DNA from: a virus
Taxonomy: Duplodnaviria; Caudoviricetes
Virus record (IMG/VR): IMGVR_UViG_3300011008_000999
Reading direction: 5' to 3' (one strand)
Length of the DNA stretch: 64,000 bases
In this document: positions 1 through 10,558 of the stretch, piece by piece
Layout: the number at the start of each line of letters is the position of its first letter
Numbering within the stretch: position 1 is the first letter of the stretch
The notes under the pieces: model-generated
What the model was told of the DNA's origin: nothing
What the model saw: only the letters and a program-made list of their open reading frames with translations
Database searches by the model: none
Position numbers and translations under genes: made by a program

Positions 1-144
1 GTCGATCTTACCATCACCAGCTCCAACATCTAAAATTTCAGATATATGGAACATATTTATGATAGTAGAGATCCACATACTAAGCTGAGACATTCGACGA
101 TCATAAATAAACCAATCATGAAAAGTGCTTAATAATGTTTTCAA
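1..144 (-). CDS. Class I SAM-dependent methyltransferase, 5' part (runs off window)
   Basis: Open frame from TTG at 144 (GGAG upstream) reading ...ISEILDVGAGDGKID, i.e. SAM motif I. Confidence 0.65.
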   Translation of the reverse strand, partial: MKTLLSTFHDWFIYDRRMSQLSMWISTIINMFHISEILDVGAGDGKID

Positions 145-526
145 TTGTCGTGCTCCATTCTATCATATATAAATAAATCATACATGCTATTTCTAATGAG
201 ACCATTAGACATAGTTTTTCTCGTTTACTTATTATAATTTGTATAAATACTGGGAATAGACACAGAATAGCCATAGAAGGTCTCAGGATGACCAAGGAGA
301 TACCTAAAGCTAAGATATAAATAATGTCTATTGGCTGATTTTTATATTTTAACAAGAATAACCCTAGAGTTCCAAAAAGTAGTATAGGATGTACTAATAA
401 GCAAAAGCTACTATAGTTTAAGATTACCAACCAAAATGGCATTTCATTCTTTTTGTAGTCAAAAACCATAATAGCAATTGCAGATAGTACAAATATTATA
501 CTACAGACAAGATTCGTCATGCTCAC
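116..526 (-). CDS. Hydrophobic membrane protein
   Basis: Several TM-like hydrophobic stretches. Confidence 0.6.
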   Translation of the reverse strand: MSMTNLVCSIIFVLSAIAIMVFDYKKNEMPFWLVILNYSSFCLLVHPILLFGTLGLFLLKYKNQPIDIIYILALGISLVILRPSMAILCLFPVFIQIIISKREKLCLMVSLEIACMIYLYMIEWSTTIENIIKHFS

Positions 527-1541
527 CGATATACACCTTAAGTGGAATCTTGCTCATCCAAATAGTATTATCATTCATAAGAGCTCTATACTTCTTAGCA
601 TCATCTGAAGTGAAATATCCTTCATCAGTGAATTCATACTCACGATTACGATTATCTCTCATAAAGCCTTTATAGAAAAGATCAATCTGTTGAGCAAGCT
701 TCTCTTCATTTTCCTTTGAATAATCAAGCTGTAAATATTTCTTAGAAGCGGAATTTCCAGGACAAATGAGATAACCTTTATTGATTGTAGTATTAAGCTC
801 ATTTTCCATTGCCCACTTATAAAGAATCATAGATCCAAGATAACCATTAAATGTTACTGCTTCATCAGTAGGATGACCAGTCTTATAGTCGAGAATAATT
901 ACATCATTTCCTCTATAATCAACACGGTCAGCAACATAAGATACTGCACAAGGAACTGTATATCCAATAGATTTTGCATAAAGATTTTCTGCTCTACCTC
1001 TATGTTCAGTTACACACTTAAGAGTCTTTTCATTAAGTTCAGATCTTGGATGAAGATAATCTTTAATGTCATAGTAACCAGTAATATATTCATCGAGCTT
1101 GGCTTTATCCATATCAGGATTTGTAGCTAACACTTGAGCTTCAAGTTCCCAAAGCTTATCACGAGTTCTCTCTTCACCAGGAAGAAGATAATAATCTTCA
1201 AGGACTTTATGGAATGCCGTACCAATTGCAGTAGCATCATTAGCACCTTCTTCAAAGAAGTTCTGCATTAAACTGAGGGCAGGATTTGTTTTATATCCTT
1301 TCATAAATGATGGTGAAAAATAGTCACCGCTATACCTATTTAACAAGGACTGCAGGTTAGACCCGTAGCCCTTGTAAATAGCAAGATTTTTAGTTTTATG
1401 TTTATTATTGTATGCCTTGATAATTTTAGCAACAGCTTCCTGTACATCAGTAAATAAAGCCTTAGCATCTATTGAGCTGTTATCAATCTTGGCAACGTAA
1501 GTGACTAAAAAGTCCTTACCATTTTCAGTAATGATTTCCAT
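501..1541 (-). CDS. PD-(D/E)XK nuclease, RecB/Cas4-like
   Basis: GTAFHKVLE and ADRVD...ILDYKTG motifs. Confidence 0.8.
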   Translation of the reverse strand: MEIITENGKDFLVTYVAKIDNSSIDAKALFTDVQEAVAKIIKAYNNKHKTKNLAIYKGYGSNLQSLLNRYSGDYFSPSFMKGYKTNPALSLMQNFFEEGANDATAIGTAFHKVLEDYYLLPGEERTRDKLWELEAQVLATNPDMDKAKLDEYITGYYDIKDYLHPRSELNEKTLKCVTEHRGRAENLYAKSIGYTVPCAVSYVADRVDYRGNDVIILDYKTGHPTDEAVTFNGYLGSMILYKWAMENELNTTINKGYLICPGNSASKKYLQLDYSKENEEKLAQQIDLFYKGFMRDNRNREYEFTDEGYFTSDDAKKYRALMNDNTIWMSKIPLKVYIGEHDESCL

Positions 1542-1554
1542 TGCTTACATCTCC

Positions 1555-2532
1555 TTAATATCTGTCGAAAGCAATTCTAGTCTTCATACTATTTGCTTCG
1601 AATGAATCAGCCAAAAGCAACTTAGTAAATGTACTTGTGCCAGGCTTATAAATAAACGCACCAAGTAAATCAGGCTGTCTAAGGAATGATGTCTGAAGCG
1701 CAGAAAACTGTCCATCACGCCATCTAGAAAGAAGAGCAACTTCATAAAATCTAGATTCTACACCTACATTTCCGATTGTATCAATGATCTCCTGAATTTT
1801 ATCTTTTGCAGCAATAATATCCTTAATATCAGGAATTTTCTGCTCAAGAGTAACATTAACCTTTTCAGCAGTACCTTTATTCATAGAGTCGAGAGATGCC
1901 TGAGTTGCGTGCTCAGTAATCATTAAGGTAGAATAAATACCAATATTCTTAGGTGTGAACTCAGTATCATATGAACGTCTATAAAGACCTGCACATTTCT
2001 TACAGAAATGTCTAATACCATGATTACATGAGAGGAAAGTTCTTACATGAATCTTACTTCTCTTAGGTAACTTCTGGATATCAGCATAATCTTCAACATA
2101 CTTATTAAGTTCCATAACCCAATGATTACGAACCTTATAGTTGAAAGTATCTTCATCAATATCTGATACCTTCATTTCAGTTCCTTCACTTCCACAATCA
2201 TCGATCTCAATAGTCATATCATCACATGAACTAATGAGTTTCTTATAGAAGTAACCTGATTCTGTAATATCAGTTACATTAGCGGCAATAACTGACTGCA
2301 TGAATTTCTTTGATTCCTGCTCAGAATAGTTATTATTACGTCTTGCAGCTGATTTCTTTATATCATCTGTATTCTTTGTAAAAGAAGTAATTTTTTCGAT
2401 CTTTGCCATAGCTTTGTCATCATTATCAACAAATGCTGAAGCAAAATCACCAACAGTAGGTACTACGCAGTGTTCAAACATTGCTTCACCTAACTTATGG
2501 TATTTCTTAACATACTCTTGTCTTGTTATCAT
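1555..2532 (-). CDS. rpoC: RNA polymerase beta' subunit, C-terminal part
   Basis: Bridge helix ITESGYFYKKL...DDCGS, Zn site C-x7-CKKC, trigger-loop region IGIYSTLMITEHATQ. Confidence 0.85.
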   Translation of the reverse strand: MITRQEYVKKYHKLGEAMFEHCVVPTVGDFASAFVDNDDKAMAKIEKITSFTKNTDDIKKSAARRNNNYSEQESKKFMQSVIAANVTDITESGYFYKKLISSCDDMTIEIDDCGSEGTEMKVSDIDEDTFNYKVRNHWVMELNKYVEDYADIQKLPKRSKIHVRTFLSCNHGIRHFCKKCAGLYRRSYDTEFTPKNIGIYSTLMITEHATQASLDSMNKGTAEKVNVTLEQKIPDIKDIIAAKDKIQEIIDTIGNVGVESRFYEVALLSRWRDGQFSALQTSFLRQPDLLGAFIYKPGTSTFTKLLLADSFEANSMKTRIAFDRY

Positions 2533-2981
2533 TATTTCTTCTCCTTAAGAACGATTTCTGATCCATCATCATAGATTAATGTTAAAGTATCATCTACAAT
2601 TAGGATATTAACATGAGTTTCAGTTTGCTCTCCAGTGAGTTCATCTTCTGATACGAAGTTTGCACTGAAGTTGTTGTCTATATCATCGTCTTTTATCTCT
2701 TCATACGTACCATCCTGAATAATTCGATCTTCACCAGCATCTATAGCAATATCAACTTTATTATTGCTATAGATTTCAACTGCGACAGTAAACTGTCCGT
2801 AGTCTTTGGTGTAGATTTTGCTAGTTGGTTTAGTAAGAAGAATAATGGTAAGAACAATAAGACCTACAATCATAACTACAAAGAAAATCACAGAAGGAGT
2901 ATCAATCTTACTGTTCTTTTTCTTTTTAGGCTTTGGTTTAGTATCTTTCTTTTCTTCCATTGTTTTACACCTCTTCACCAA
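2532..2981 (-). CDS. Single-TM protein between the two beta' halves
   Basis: Basic N-terminus, one TM helix, acidic beta-rich domain. Confidence 0.6.
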   Translation of the reverse strand: MVKRCKTMEEKKDTKPKPKKKKNSKIDTPSVIFFVVMIVGLIVLTIILLTKPTSKIYTKDYGQFTVAVEIYSNNKVDIAIDAGEDRIIQDGTYEEIKDDDIDNNFSANFVSEDELTGEQTETHVNILIVDDTLTLIYDDGSEIVLKEKK

Positions 2982-4200
2982 TCAACGTTGCAACATATTC
3001 GAACTCTTCAAGAATACCATTTCTGATACTTGAGTTAGAACCTTCAATATAGTTATTACTTGCAAGAAGTTTCTTAGCTTCCTCACATGCTTCTCTTGAA
3101 TAAAGAACAATTACATTAAGTGAGTCACCATCAACGTCTGCAGCAAGTCCATCGTATACGATAGGGTTTGCCTGAATAACGAACTGTTCCTGTTCTAACT
3201 TAGAGAATACAGGCTTCATAGCGATAATTGACTTAGCACCGATGGTAGGCTGTCTATTGAAGAGTACAAGATATTCTTCATCTTCAAGTTCCTGATTGAT
3301 TCCATCGATATCAGTCTTACCATTCTCATCTGTATACTTAGCAAACAGACTAGGATAAAGAGTAGGAATGAAATAATAACCGATCTTAAGAGTGTCTTCA
3401 TCAAGACCAAAGTTATTGGTCATAACTGCACGGATCATACCTGTTTCAGGCTGACCTTTAAGCTCTGCATCAATGATGTTTCTCTTATTCTTTGCAAGGA
3501 TCTGGAATAACTCGTGATAAAGCTTATCGAGTTCCTTACATACAATAAATCTAAGATTGATCTCGTTGAAGATAGTAAGCTTACTATTCTTCTGAAGGCT
3601 CTCATATCTATTGTTCTGACGAAGCATATTGATGTAGATAGTATTCAGATTACCAATGAAGTATTTATCACCCTGGAAAGTAATCTGTCTAAATGAAGTA
3701 TGAGGAATACTTACAAGTCTATACACGTTTTCATTGTACCAAGACTCAGAAACGCCAATACTCATAAGTGCTTCCTTACCGATAAGAATCTTTTTCTCAT
3801 CGTACTTAGAGAGATCTGCCTTAAGGTCGAATTCTACATATTCACCTTCATAAAGGAAACCTCTACTATTGAGAAGATTATCTACCATGACCTTATCATA
3901 AGATTCATAGTTGATAACTCTCTTAGGAAGATCAAAGTTGAACTTAATGTAAAAGTTAGGAATATTACGTTTGTTCAGTACTCTGCAGTTACATTCAGGA
4001 CAAATTCCAGGTTTTGTCTGCTTACCACAGTAGCATTTACCAAACTTACCAAAAATCTTTTCAGAGAAAATTCCATCTTCATGAAAGAGGTAACGATCAC
4101 CATCCTTGATCTTTCTTGCCTGAAACAACTTATCAGACGTTACCTGATTCATAGGATTCTCTACAATATGTACTGGTTTAATCGTCGCTCTCAGAGGCAT
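2965..4200 (-). CDS. rpoC: RNA polymerase beta' subunit, N-terminal/catalytic part
   Basis: DGIFSEKIFG, CYCGK..CPEC zinc finger, LFNRQPTI, catalytic AADVDGD. Confidence 0.9.
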   Translation of the reverse strand: MPLRATIKPVHIVENPMNQVTSDKLFQARKIKDGDRYLFHEDGIFSEKIFGKFGKCYCGKQTKPGICPECNCRVLNKRNIPNFYIKFNFDLPKRVINYESYDKVMVDNLLNSRGFLYEGEYVEFDLKADLSKYDEKKILIGKEALMSIGVSESWYNENVYRLVSIPHTSFRQITFQGDKYFIGNLNTIYINMLRQNNRYESLQKNSKLTIFNEINLRFIVCKELDKLYHELFQILAKNKRNIIDAELKGQPETGMIRAVMTNNFGLDEDTLKIGYYFIPTLYPSLFAKYTDENGKTDIDGINQELEDEEYLVLFNRQPTIGAKSIIAMKPVFSKLEQEQFVIQANPIVYDGLAADVDGDSLNVIVLYSREACEEAKKLLASNNYIEGSNSSIRNGILEEFEYVATLIGEEV

Positions 4201-6430
4201 TGTTATCTTTCTCCTTTTTGATTATACTATTGAAGTTATCTTCATCAAACTGATCATATACAGCTTCATCAGTTGTATCAATATCTTCGATCTCATCTTC
4301 AAGTGTAAGCACATATCCGATGGACTTAAGAATCTCAATAAACTGCATTGATAACTTCGGATTCTTAGGAAGAGTACGTTTCTCTTCAATATCAGTTACA
4401 AGCTTATGTGAACCAACATACTTAGTAATAGAACGAATACCAAGTTCCTTAAGAATGTTAGGACAATCATTAGCTACAAGGTTAAGTTTCTCCATCTCAC
4501 CAAAACGAAGAGTTCTAGTATAACCGTGATCAGCAGAAGAACAACTAACCTTTGTTGAAGCATGGTGATAAAGTCTCATGATATGGTTGATACCTACAGG
4601 AATGATGTTCTTAATTCCCTTGTACTCAATAATAGAGTTTTTAGAATAAGTAGCCATCTGTTTCTTATACTTCTCAATCATAATTGAGATATAATCTTCA
4701 CCATCAAACTTAATTCCTGATGCTCTGGCCCATGCTTCAAAGATCTGACCTAATGAACCACGTCTCATAGTTGAGAAACCTGAGATAACAACTTCAAGAG
4801 GACCTGCTTCCATATTACCAACTTTCTTGGTAAGTCTAGGCATCTGATCATCAGGAAGAATAAGACCTACAGTACCTTTAGCACCATGAAGATTAGTGAT
4901 TTTATCTCCAAGTCTGAAAGGAATTTCCCAAGTAATAAATACACGAACATTGTTTACATCAACATCATCAATCTTAGAGATCTTAACGTTTTCATAACCA
5001 AGTAAAATCGCATAGTTCTTAGTAGGGAAAATCAACTGAAGCGTATCTATATCAATTTCATTAGTGGAATTGTAGATCTTTTCAAGAGCAGTAAATACCT
5101 TGGACTTCTTGTTAAGATATAAGATTGTGCTGTCGTATGTTCTAAGTCTCTTTGCAAAAGATTCAGAAATAACGATTGAGTCAGCAGATGTATATCCTTC
5201 AAGATCAGTAAATCCAACTCTTGCTTCAATACGATGTGTAATATCATCGATCTCATCTGCAAGAGGCACTGCCTGAGAAGTCATCTTCGCATTCATCATG
5301 ATTCTCTTAGGTTTGTCGTTGTTACAGAAAGGTGACTCAGACAAACACGAAAGACGTTTAGTCTGAGGCATATCTACATATTCATACATATTATGCAGAT
5401 TACCCTTATCATCAACAATCCAAAGAAGACCGTCTTTAACTACTACATTATCGAGCAACAGTCTCTGACGACCTGCAGCTTTAGATGTAACAGTCTTAAA
5501 TGAATCGAAGAATCCATTTGTATCTTTGTATGTGAATGCAGGCTGGAAAGATCCGCCGCTATTATAGATATTTGCACAAGTTCTGAAGTTCTCAAGAGCG
5601 AAAATCTTACTTTCAGAACGAACGAGGCAACCTTCAAGGTGTTCACCAAGATCATTGTATCTCTTACTCTTACTTACAATGATTGTGTTTACTCCTAAGA
5701 GAATTCCTTTAGTAGGCTGTGCATATTTTCCAGATTTAAGAACTGCTTCCTCGAAGTATTCAAGTCTAGAAAACTTGTAGTTGAAAATACTATCTGAATC
5801 GAACATAGGAAGCTTTCTAAGAGCTTTAGTAAAGTTCTCAGTAGTTAACTTCTCACCGATAGTAGTTTCAAGAAGCATCTTCGATCTCTTAGAAAGATGA
5901 TTATTGAAGATCTCTTCAATGGTAGGCTCGAACTTGTACTCTTCTTTAGTAACTACACATTCGAATTTATCCTTACCAATATCGTATTTCCAACCTTCAC
6001 CTCTAACAGTTTCGAAGTCAAGCTTACCTACACAACTGTAATAATCCTTTACTGCTGTAACACGAGTTACATAATGTGATCTATTAATGATCCAACAAAG
6101 GTCAATGGAAGGTGTAGGCATAGCACCAATAAGGTACTGCTTTCCATTGTAATCTCCTAATATGTCGATACACATATTATGGAAATTAAGTCTCAGCTTA
6201 TAACTATTAGGTGTCTGTTTGTCGGCTTCTGCATTAAGAAGTCCTGTATTAAGATTTTTTGCCAGCTTACACGGCTCTGCGGTGTTCCAGTACTTTGCAC
6301 AATCGGCATCAATCTGCGCCTGAATTGTAGCAAAGTCATCTTCTTCATTGATTGGACTCACACCGAGAAACTTTTGATTTGCCTGTGTCCAATATACAAG
6401 CTCGTTTTGGTATAATTCCTGGATAATCAT
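4178..6430 (-). CDS. rpoB: RNA polymerase beta subunit (reduced)
   Basis: RIMMNAKMTSQAVPL, GDKITNLHGAKGTV, RFGEMEK motifs. Confidence 0.9.
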   Translation of the reverse strand: MIIQELYQNELVYWTQANQKFLGVSPINEEDDFATIQAQIDADCAKYWNTAEPCKLAKNLNTGLLNAEADKQTPNSYKLRLNFHNMCIDILGDYNGKQYLIGAMPTPSIDLCWIINRSHYVTRVTAVKDYYSCVGKLDFETVRGEGWKYDIGKDKFECVVTKEEYKFEPTIEEIFNNHLSKRSKMLLETTIGEKLTTENFTKALRKLPMFDSDSIFNYKFSRLEYFEEAVLKSGKYAQPTKGILLGVNTIIVSKSKRYNDLGEHLEGCLVRSESKIFALENFRTCANIYNSGGSFQPAFTYKDTNGFFDSFKTVTSKAAGRQRLLLDNVVVKDGLLWIVDDKGNLHNMYEYVDMPQTKRLSCLSESPFCNNDKPKRIMMNAKMTSQAVPLADEIDDITHRIEARVGFTDLEGYTSADSIVISESFAKRLRTYDSTILYLNKKSKVFTALEKIYNSTNEIDIDTLQLIFPTKNYAILLGYENVKISKIDDVDVNNVRVFITWEIPFRLGDKITNLHGAKGTVGLILPDDQMPRLTKKVGNMEAGPLEVVISGFSTMRRGSLGQIFEAWARASGIKFDGEDYISIMIEKYKKQMATYSKNSIIEYKGIKNIIPVGINHIMRLYHHASTKVSCSSADHGYTRTLRFGEMEKLNLVANDCPNILKELGIRSITKYVGSHKLVTDIEEKRTLPKNPKLSMQFIEILKSIGYVLTLEDEIEDIDTTDEAVYDQFDEDNFNSIIKKEKDNNASESDD

Positions 6431-6491
6431 TAGCTAAATCCTTTCATAATATTTTATATAGAAAGTGGATAATGGTGTCTCTTAATATTTT

Positions 6492-6507
6492 TTATATCTT
6501 ACAATTT
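6492..6507 (-). promoter_or_regulatory. Class II upstream motif AAATTGTAAGATATAA
   Basis: Identical 16-mer at 31187..31202; variants near 32032 and 9686. Confidence 0.55.
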
Positions 6508-6517
6508 AACTTAATAA

Positions 6518-7066
6518 TTACTGCTGATTTTCTGCAGCAGCCTGGCGCTCCGCCTCACACTGACGAACAATCGCGTTAACCATGTGAGGAAGATAACCAT
6601 TTACTGCGTCATGAGTAAAGATCATAAGTGAGCGGAACTTATCGATAGTCATACCAACACCGATCTTAAGATCTGGCGAACCATCAGGAGCAATTGCTCC
6701 AGTTTCAGTAATCTTACCTTTTCCGCGAGACATATTGATGAAGATCTTGTCCCCAGATCTGCCCAAAGAGAAGATGCGTGATTCCGGTGCACCATTATAA
6801 TTCTTAGAACTCTTTGAACCACCCATAGAGATAGTCTTCTGACCAGCTTCCAACTCTTTAATAAGACGTCCACTAGCTGCATCTGTTGCGAGCAATGCTA
6901 CCTCTTCAAAATCGAGATAACAATCAATGGACGTCTTATCTGTGTAGTTTGCATTCTGAAAACGCACCTTTTCGATTCCGAATGCATCATAATATACATT
7001 TGTAACTACCTTATTGGTACTAGCCTTGGTGATTTTAGATTTTTCAAATTTATCATTACGATTCAT
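6518..7066 (-). CDS. Hypothetical protein
   Basis: 182 aa ORF with RBS and own promoter. Confidence 0.7.
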   Translation of the reverse strand: MNRNDKFEKSKITKASTNKVVTNVYYDAFGIEKVRFQNANYTDKTSIDCYLDFEEVALLATDAASGRLIKELEAGQKTISMGGSKSSKNYNGAPESRIFSLGRSGDKIFINMSRGKGKITETGAIAPDGSPDLKIGVGMTIDKFRSLMIFTHDAVNGYLPHMVNAIVRQCEAERQAAAENQQ

Positions 7067-7105
7067 ATTTTCTCCTTAATCACCATTATCCACCACTATA
7101 TTACT

Positions 7106-7140
7106 ATTATATACTGTTTATCTAAATTTGTAAATAGTTT
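7106..7140 (-). promoter_or_regulatory. Class I sigmaA-like promoter AAACTA-TTTACA-N17-TATAAT (representative of about 18 copies)
   Basis: Exact 17-bp spacer checked here and at 13242, 15468 and 18057. Confidence 0.85.
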
Positions 7141-7200
7141 CTTGTTCAAAAAGAATAAAAATTTGCCAGAGTTAATTACTTAACCCTAGCAAACTTTATA

Positions 7201-8181
7201 TTAATCTACAACTGTGAAATTAGAATCAGGATGATTCTCTAAGTACTCAGCAAAAGCTGATTTTGTACTAATATGAAGTGTAACTGTATTACAATCTTTA
7301 AATAAAGTACTATATGCATCAACTTCTTCTCCAGAATTATCACTAGTTTCAACTACTGTTGCATCAAAATCCTTGTTAGCATAGAAATCTGTAAGTGCTG
7401 TACACTCTCTACACATTTCCTGATTTACAGATTCTACATTATTTATATCTAGATTAGTAAGATTAGCACATCTAAAGAATACAATTGAACCAAGTGTTTT
7501 GCAAGTATCTGGAAGCTTAACTTCAGTTACACCTGCTGCAAAGAACGCTGCGTCTCCAATACTTTCTACCTTAGTCCAAGTAAGATTATTGAGTCTTACA
7601 CAACCTTGGAAAGCATAACTCTTAATCTCAGTTACATTATTGAAATCAACTGAAGTGATTGAAGAACATCCAGAGAATGCACCATTACCAATAGAAGTAA
7701 TACCATCAGGAATAGTAATAACTCCCTTTTCACTACCAAAAGTAGTAAGTCGTGTACATCCATTGAACATATTATCAGGGATCTCAGTAAATGTGGTAGG
7801 GAAGTTCAAAATTTCCTCAACTCTAGAATTTGCAAAAGATACATTCTCGAGAACTACATCTGTATTCATAAAGTATACTGTATGAAGTAAAGATTCTGCA
7901 GGAACATATACATTTGAAATCTTAGTTACGTTCTCAGGAAAGATAAGATCCATTGCTGCTCTACCATTTTCAGATAAACCGATGATCTCAGTCTTATTTT
8001 CATTTCGATAAATGAAATCACCATCAGTTACTGGACTATCCTGCTCTTCAGCCTGTGCAATTACTTTCTCAGTTGGAGTAGGAGTAATATCTGTAGACTG
8101 CTCTACTTTTTCCTTTCCACATGCGGCTAACATAGTTGTCATTGCAACAAGACAAATTGTTACTAGTGTTCTTTTCTTCAT
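7201..8181 (-). CDS. BspA/TpLRR leucine-rich-repeat lipoprotein
   Basis: Lipobox LAAC; repeats such as IPDGITSIGNGAFSGCSSITSV. Confidence 0.85.
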   Translation of the reverse strand: MKKRTLVTICLVAMTTMLAACGKEKVEQSTDITPTPTEKVIAQAEEQDSPVTDGDFIYRNENKTEIIGLSENGRAAMDLIFPENVTKISNVYVPAESLLHTVYFMNTDVVLENVSFANSRVEEILNFPTTFTEIPDNMFNGCTRLTTFGSEKGVITIPDGITSIGNGAFSGCSSITSVDFNNVTEIKSYAFQGCVRLNNLTWTKVESIGDAAFFAAGVTEVKLPDTCKTLGSIVFFRCANLTNLDINNVESVNQEMCRECTALTDFYANKDFDATVVETSDNSGEEVDAYSTLFKDCNTVTLHISTKSAFAEYLENHPDSNFTVVD

Positions 8182-8202
8182 TTTATAATTTCCTTTCTTT
8201 AT

Positions 8203-9216
8203 TTAGACACCAAACTTACGCTTAATGCTGTCTACATCAAATGAAATATTTTTCTCTTTCTTAATCTGAGCTTTTGCTATTTCTGTAAGCATCTTAAGCG
8301 AAAGAGTGTTATCTTTACCTTTAACCCATTCATGTAAGATTTTATTAAGTTCACTTATATGAATAAGTTTAGTATTACTTTCATACCACTCATCTGTACG
8401 AATAATGTCTACTGGCATATCACCAACTATACATACATAACCATCAATAGAATCCAATTGAATTCCATTCGACTTCATTACTTCTTGCCAAATATGAGTA
8501 GATGGATGAACTTCAATGATCTCTTTACCTTTATCTGCATCAACTACACACCCATTCATGAGCATTAATGACTGACCTTGTTTGATCTTAAGATTCTTAG
8601 CATCTACTACTAAAAGATTATTTCCATATACTAATAGAGTATCAGTATCAGGTATATAGTCTTTTTCTGATTGTTTAGGTGGTTCATCTACACTTATTGA
8701 ATAATCTCTAATAACTTCACTTGCAGGACTACTTTCAATAAGTAGTTCATTACCAAAATAATCATTTGCACTTACATGAATAATCATTCCATTTGAGTAT
8801 TTCAGTAATACTTCATCACCATTTTGTTCTGTATTAGCTAAAGTTGCATTTTCAAGTGAATTAACAAATTTTGCTCTTTCTTTGTCTTCGAACCTATATG
8901 CAAGACTAGCAAATGCTACTAATCCGTTAAGTTCATCATCGTATTTAACTAGTCTAGTTAAAAATTCACAAAGATCTTCTTCACCTTTAATGCCGGCTTT
9001 TGTTTTAGATATTTGACCTTCAAGTTCAGGATCTTTCATTTCCCAATCAGTTTTGCCAAATTCTCTACTATCTCGTTTTTCTTCTAATTGTGCTAAGGTT
9101 TGTCTTAAACCTTCACCAGGATCTCCAATTACTCTATTACCAGCAACTAGATAGTTACGTACGTTAATAGCTAATTGTTTATCCTCAGGTCTTATACCAT
9201 CCTGATTTAGTTTCAT
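8203..9216 (-). CDS. NERD-like nuclease domain protein
   Basis: GIKGEE...DTDTLLV...VVDAKN pattern. Confidence 0.55.
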   Translation of the reverse strand: MKLNQDGIRPEDKQLAINVRNYLVAGNRVIGDPGEGLRQTLAQLEEKRDSREFGKTDWEMKDPELEGQISKTKAGIKGEEDLCEFLTRLVKYDDELNGLVAFASLAYRFEDKERAKFVNSLENATLANTEQNGDEVLLKYSNGMIIHVSANDYFGNELLIESSPASEVIRDYSISVDEPPKQSEKDYIPDTDTLLVYGNNLLVVDAKNLKIKQGQSLMLMNGCVVDADKGKEIIEVHPSTHIWQEVMKSNGIQLDSIDGYVCIVGDMPVDIIRTDEWYESNTKLIHISELNKILHEWVKGKDNTLSLKMLTEIAKAQIKKEKNISFDVDSIKRKFGV

Positions 9217-9229
9217 ACTTAACCTCCAA

Positions 9230-9673
9230 TTATAATATCTGACAAGCTATTTGCTCAATATTTTTTATTATATCTTCTAAATAATCATTGCGTGTTTTTA
9301 ATTCTCTAATCTGTTGTTCGAGCATAGCTATTTTTGTATTATCGCTACATTCAATATACGATTTATTACAAACTTTTCTATTTAGATCATTTTTAATTTC
9401 TGTATCAGATTTACTTTTTATTATATCCACAACAGAATTGTGTTCTGAATATAATAAGTCATTTTCACTACATTGTAAATAATTGCATAATAGACTTAAT
9501 TTTTGCCTATCTATAATACCAGTTTTTATTACACTATCTATATATGGTTTACGTTCTCCAATTGCATGTGCTATTGATGTTAACGTTAACTTATATACAT
9601 ACGCATAATATTTAATAACATGTATATTGATAGCAACTATATCTTTAGTTAAATCTGAATTATGTTTTGTCAT
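9230..9673 (-). CDS. HTH DNA-binding protein with coiled coil
   Basis: Xre-like helix pattern. Confidence 0.45.
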   Translation of the reverse strand: MTKHNSDLTKDIVAINIHVIKYYAYVYKLTLTSIAHAIGERKPYIDSVIKTGIIDRQKLSLLCNYLQCSENDLLYSEHNSVVDIIKSKSDTEIKNDLNRKVCNKSYIECSDNTKIAMLEQQIRELKTRNDYLEDIIKNIEQIACQIL

Positions 9674-9770
9674 TATTATTTTTTCTTATACTTACAAACA
9701 AGAATGCAATTGATCTAAATCAACTACATTCTTTTGCTTCTATAAACTTATAGAATTAAATAGCACTTCG

Positions 9771-10541
9771 TTAGCTATTCTTCGATGTAAGTTCATTGAG
9801 CTTAAGTTGTAGCTGACTAATCTGACTAAATGCAGAATCCATAAGATTAAGAAGATCACTAAGCTGATTATTAAGATCATCAAACTCTTCTTTATCAATA
9901 AGAAGCTTTACATGAGATTTACCTTCAGCATCAGTTATCACTAACTGAGAATAACCAACAGGAGTAACTTCTTTCTTTGCTACTTTAGGTTCGATCTCAG
10001 GCTTAAGTTCTTTCGTTTCTTCTTTAATTTTAGGCTTAACTGAAACTTTTGTTTTAGGTTTATCTGTCTTAGGCTTCGGTGTATATTCATATTTAATGAA
10101 CTTAGACTTACCGACACGAAGAATTTCACACATTTTGTTAAAAGATTCTTCGTTCATTTTACCAGTCTTTACACATGAACCTACGTAATTATAAGTATAA
10201 CCCATCTTAGTACTTAATGAATCCATAGAGAGTCTAATCTCTTTAAGATACTTTTTAAGGGCGGTACCTTTGATCTTTACTGTATTACCAATAGATACTT
10301 TAGTGCCTGTATGATACATATTCTTTTCATCATCAACAGTAAGAATATTATCATCTGTACCAAGTAAATTACACATAGTCTTGTAAGCATCAGCAGACAT
10401 CTTGCCGTTCTGCAAACAATTGTAAATGTAACCATCAGAATAACCAAGAAGCTTGGATAAAGAAGACATATTATATCCATTAAGCTCCATGTATTCTTTT
10501 ACCTTAGTGGTGTCTATATTAACGTACGTATAGGTTTCCAC
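9771..10541 (-). CDS. Tandem Xre-like HTH protein
   Basis: Two repeats of LS..xGY...Y+..C+..GKM. Confidence 0.6.
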   Translation of the reverse strand: METYTYVNIDTTKVKEYMELNGYNMSSLSKLLGYSDGYIYNCLQNGKMSADAYKTMCNLLGTDDNILTVDDEKNMYHTGTKVSIGNTVKIKGTALKKYLKEIRLSMDSLSTKMGYTYNYVGSCVKTGKMNEESFNKMCEILRVGKSKFIKYEYTPKPKTDKPKTKVSVKPKIKEETKELKPEIEPKVAKKEVTPVGYSQLVITDAEGKSHVKLLIDKEEFDDLNNQLSDLLNLMDSAFSQISQLQLKLNELTSKNS

Positions 10542-10558
10542 TAATTATCCCTCCTTTT

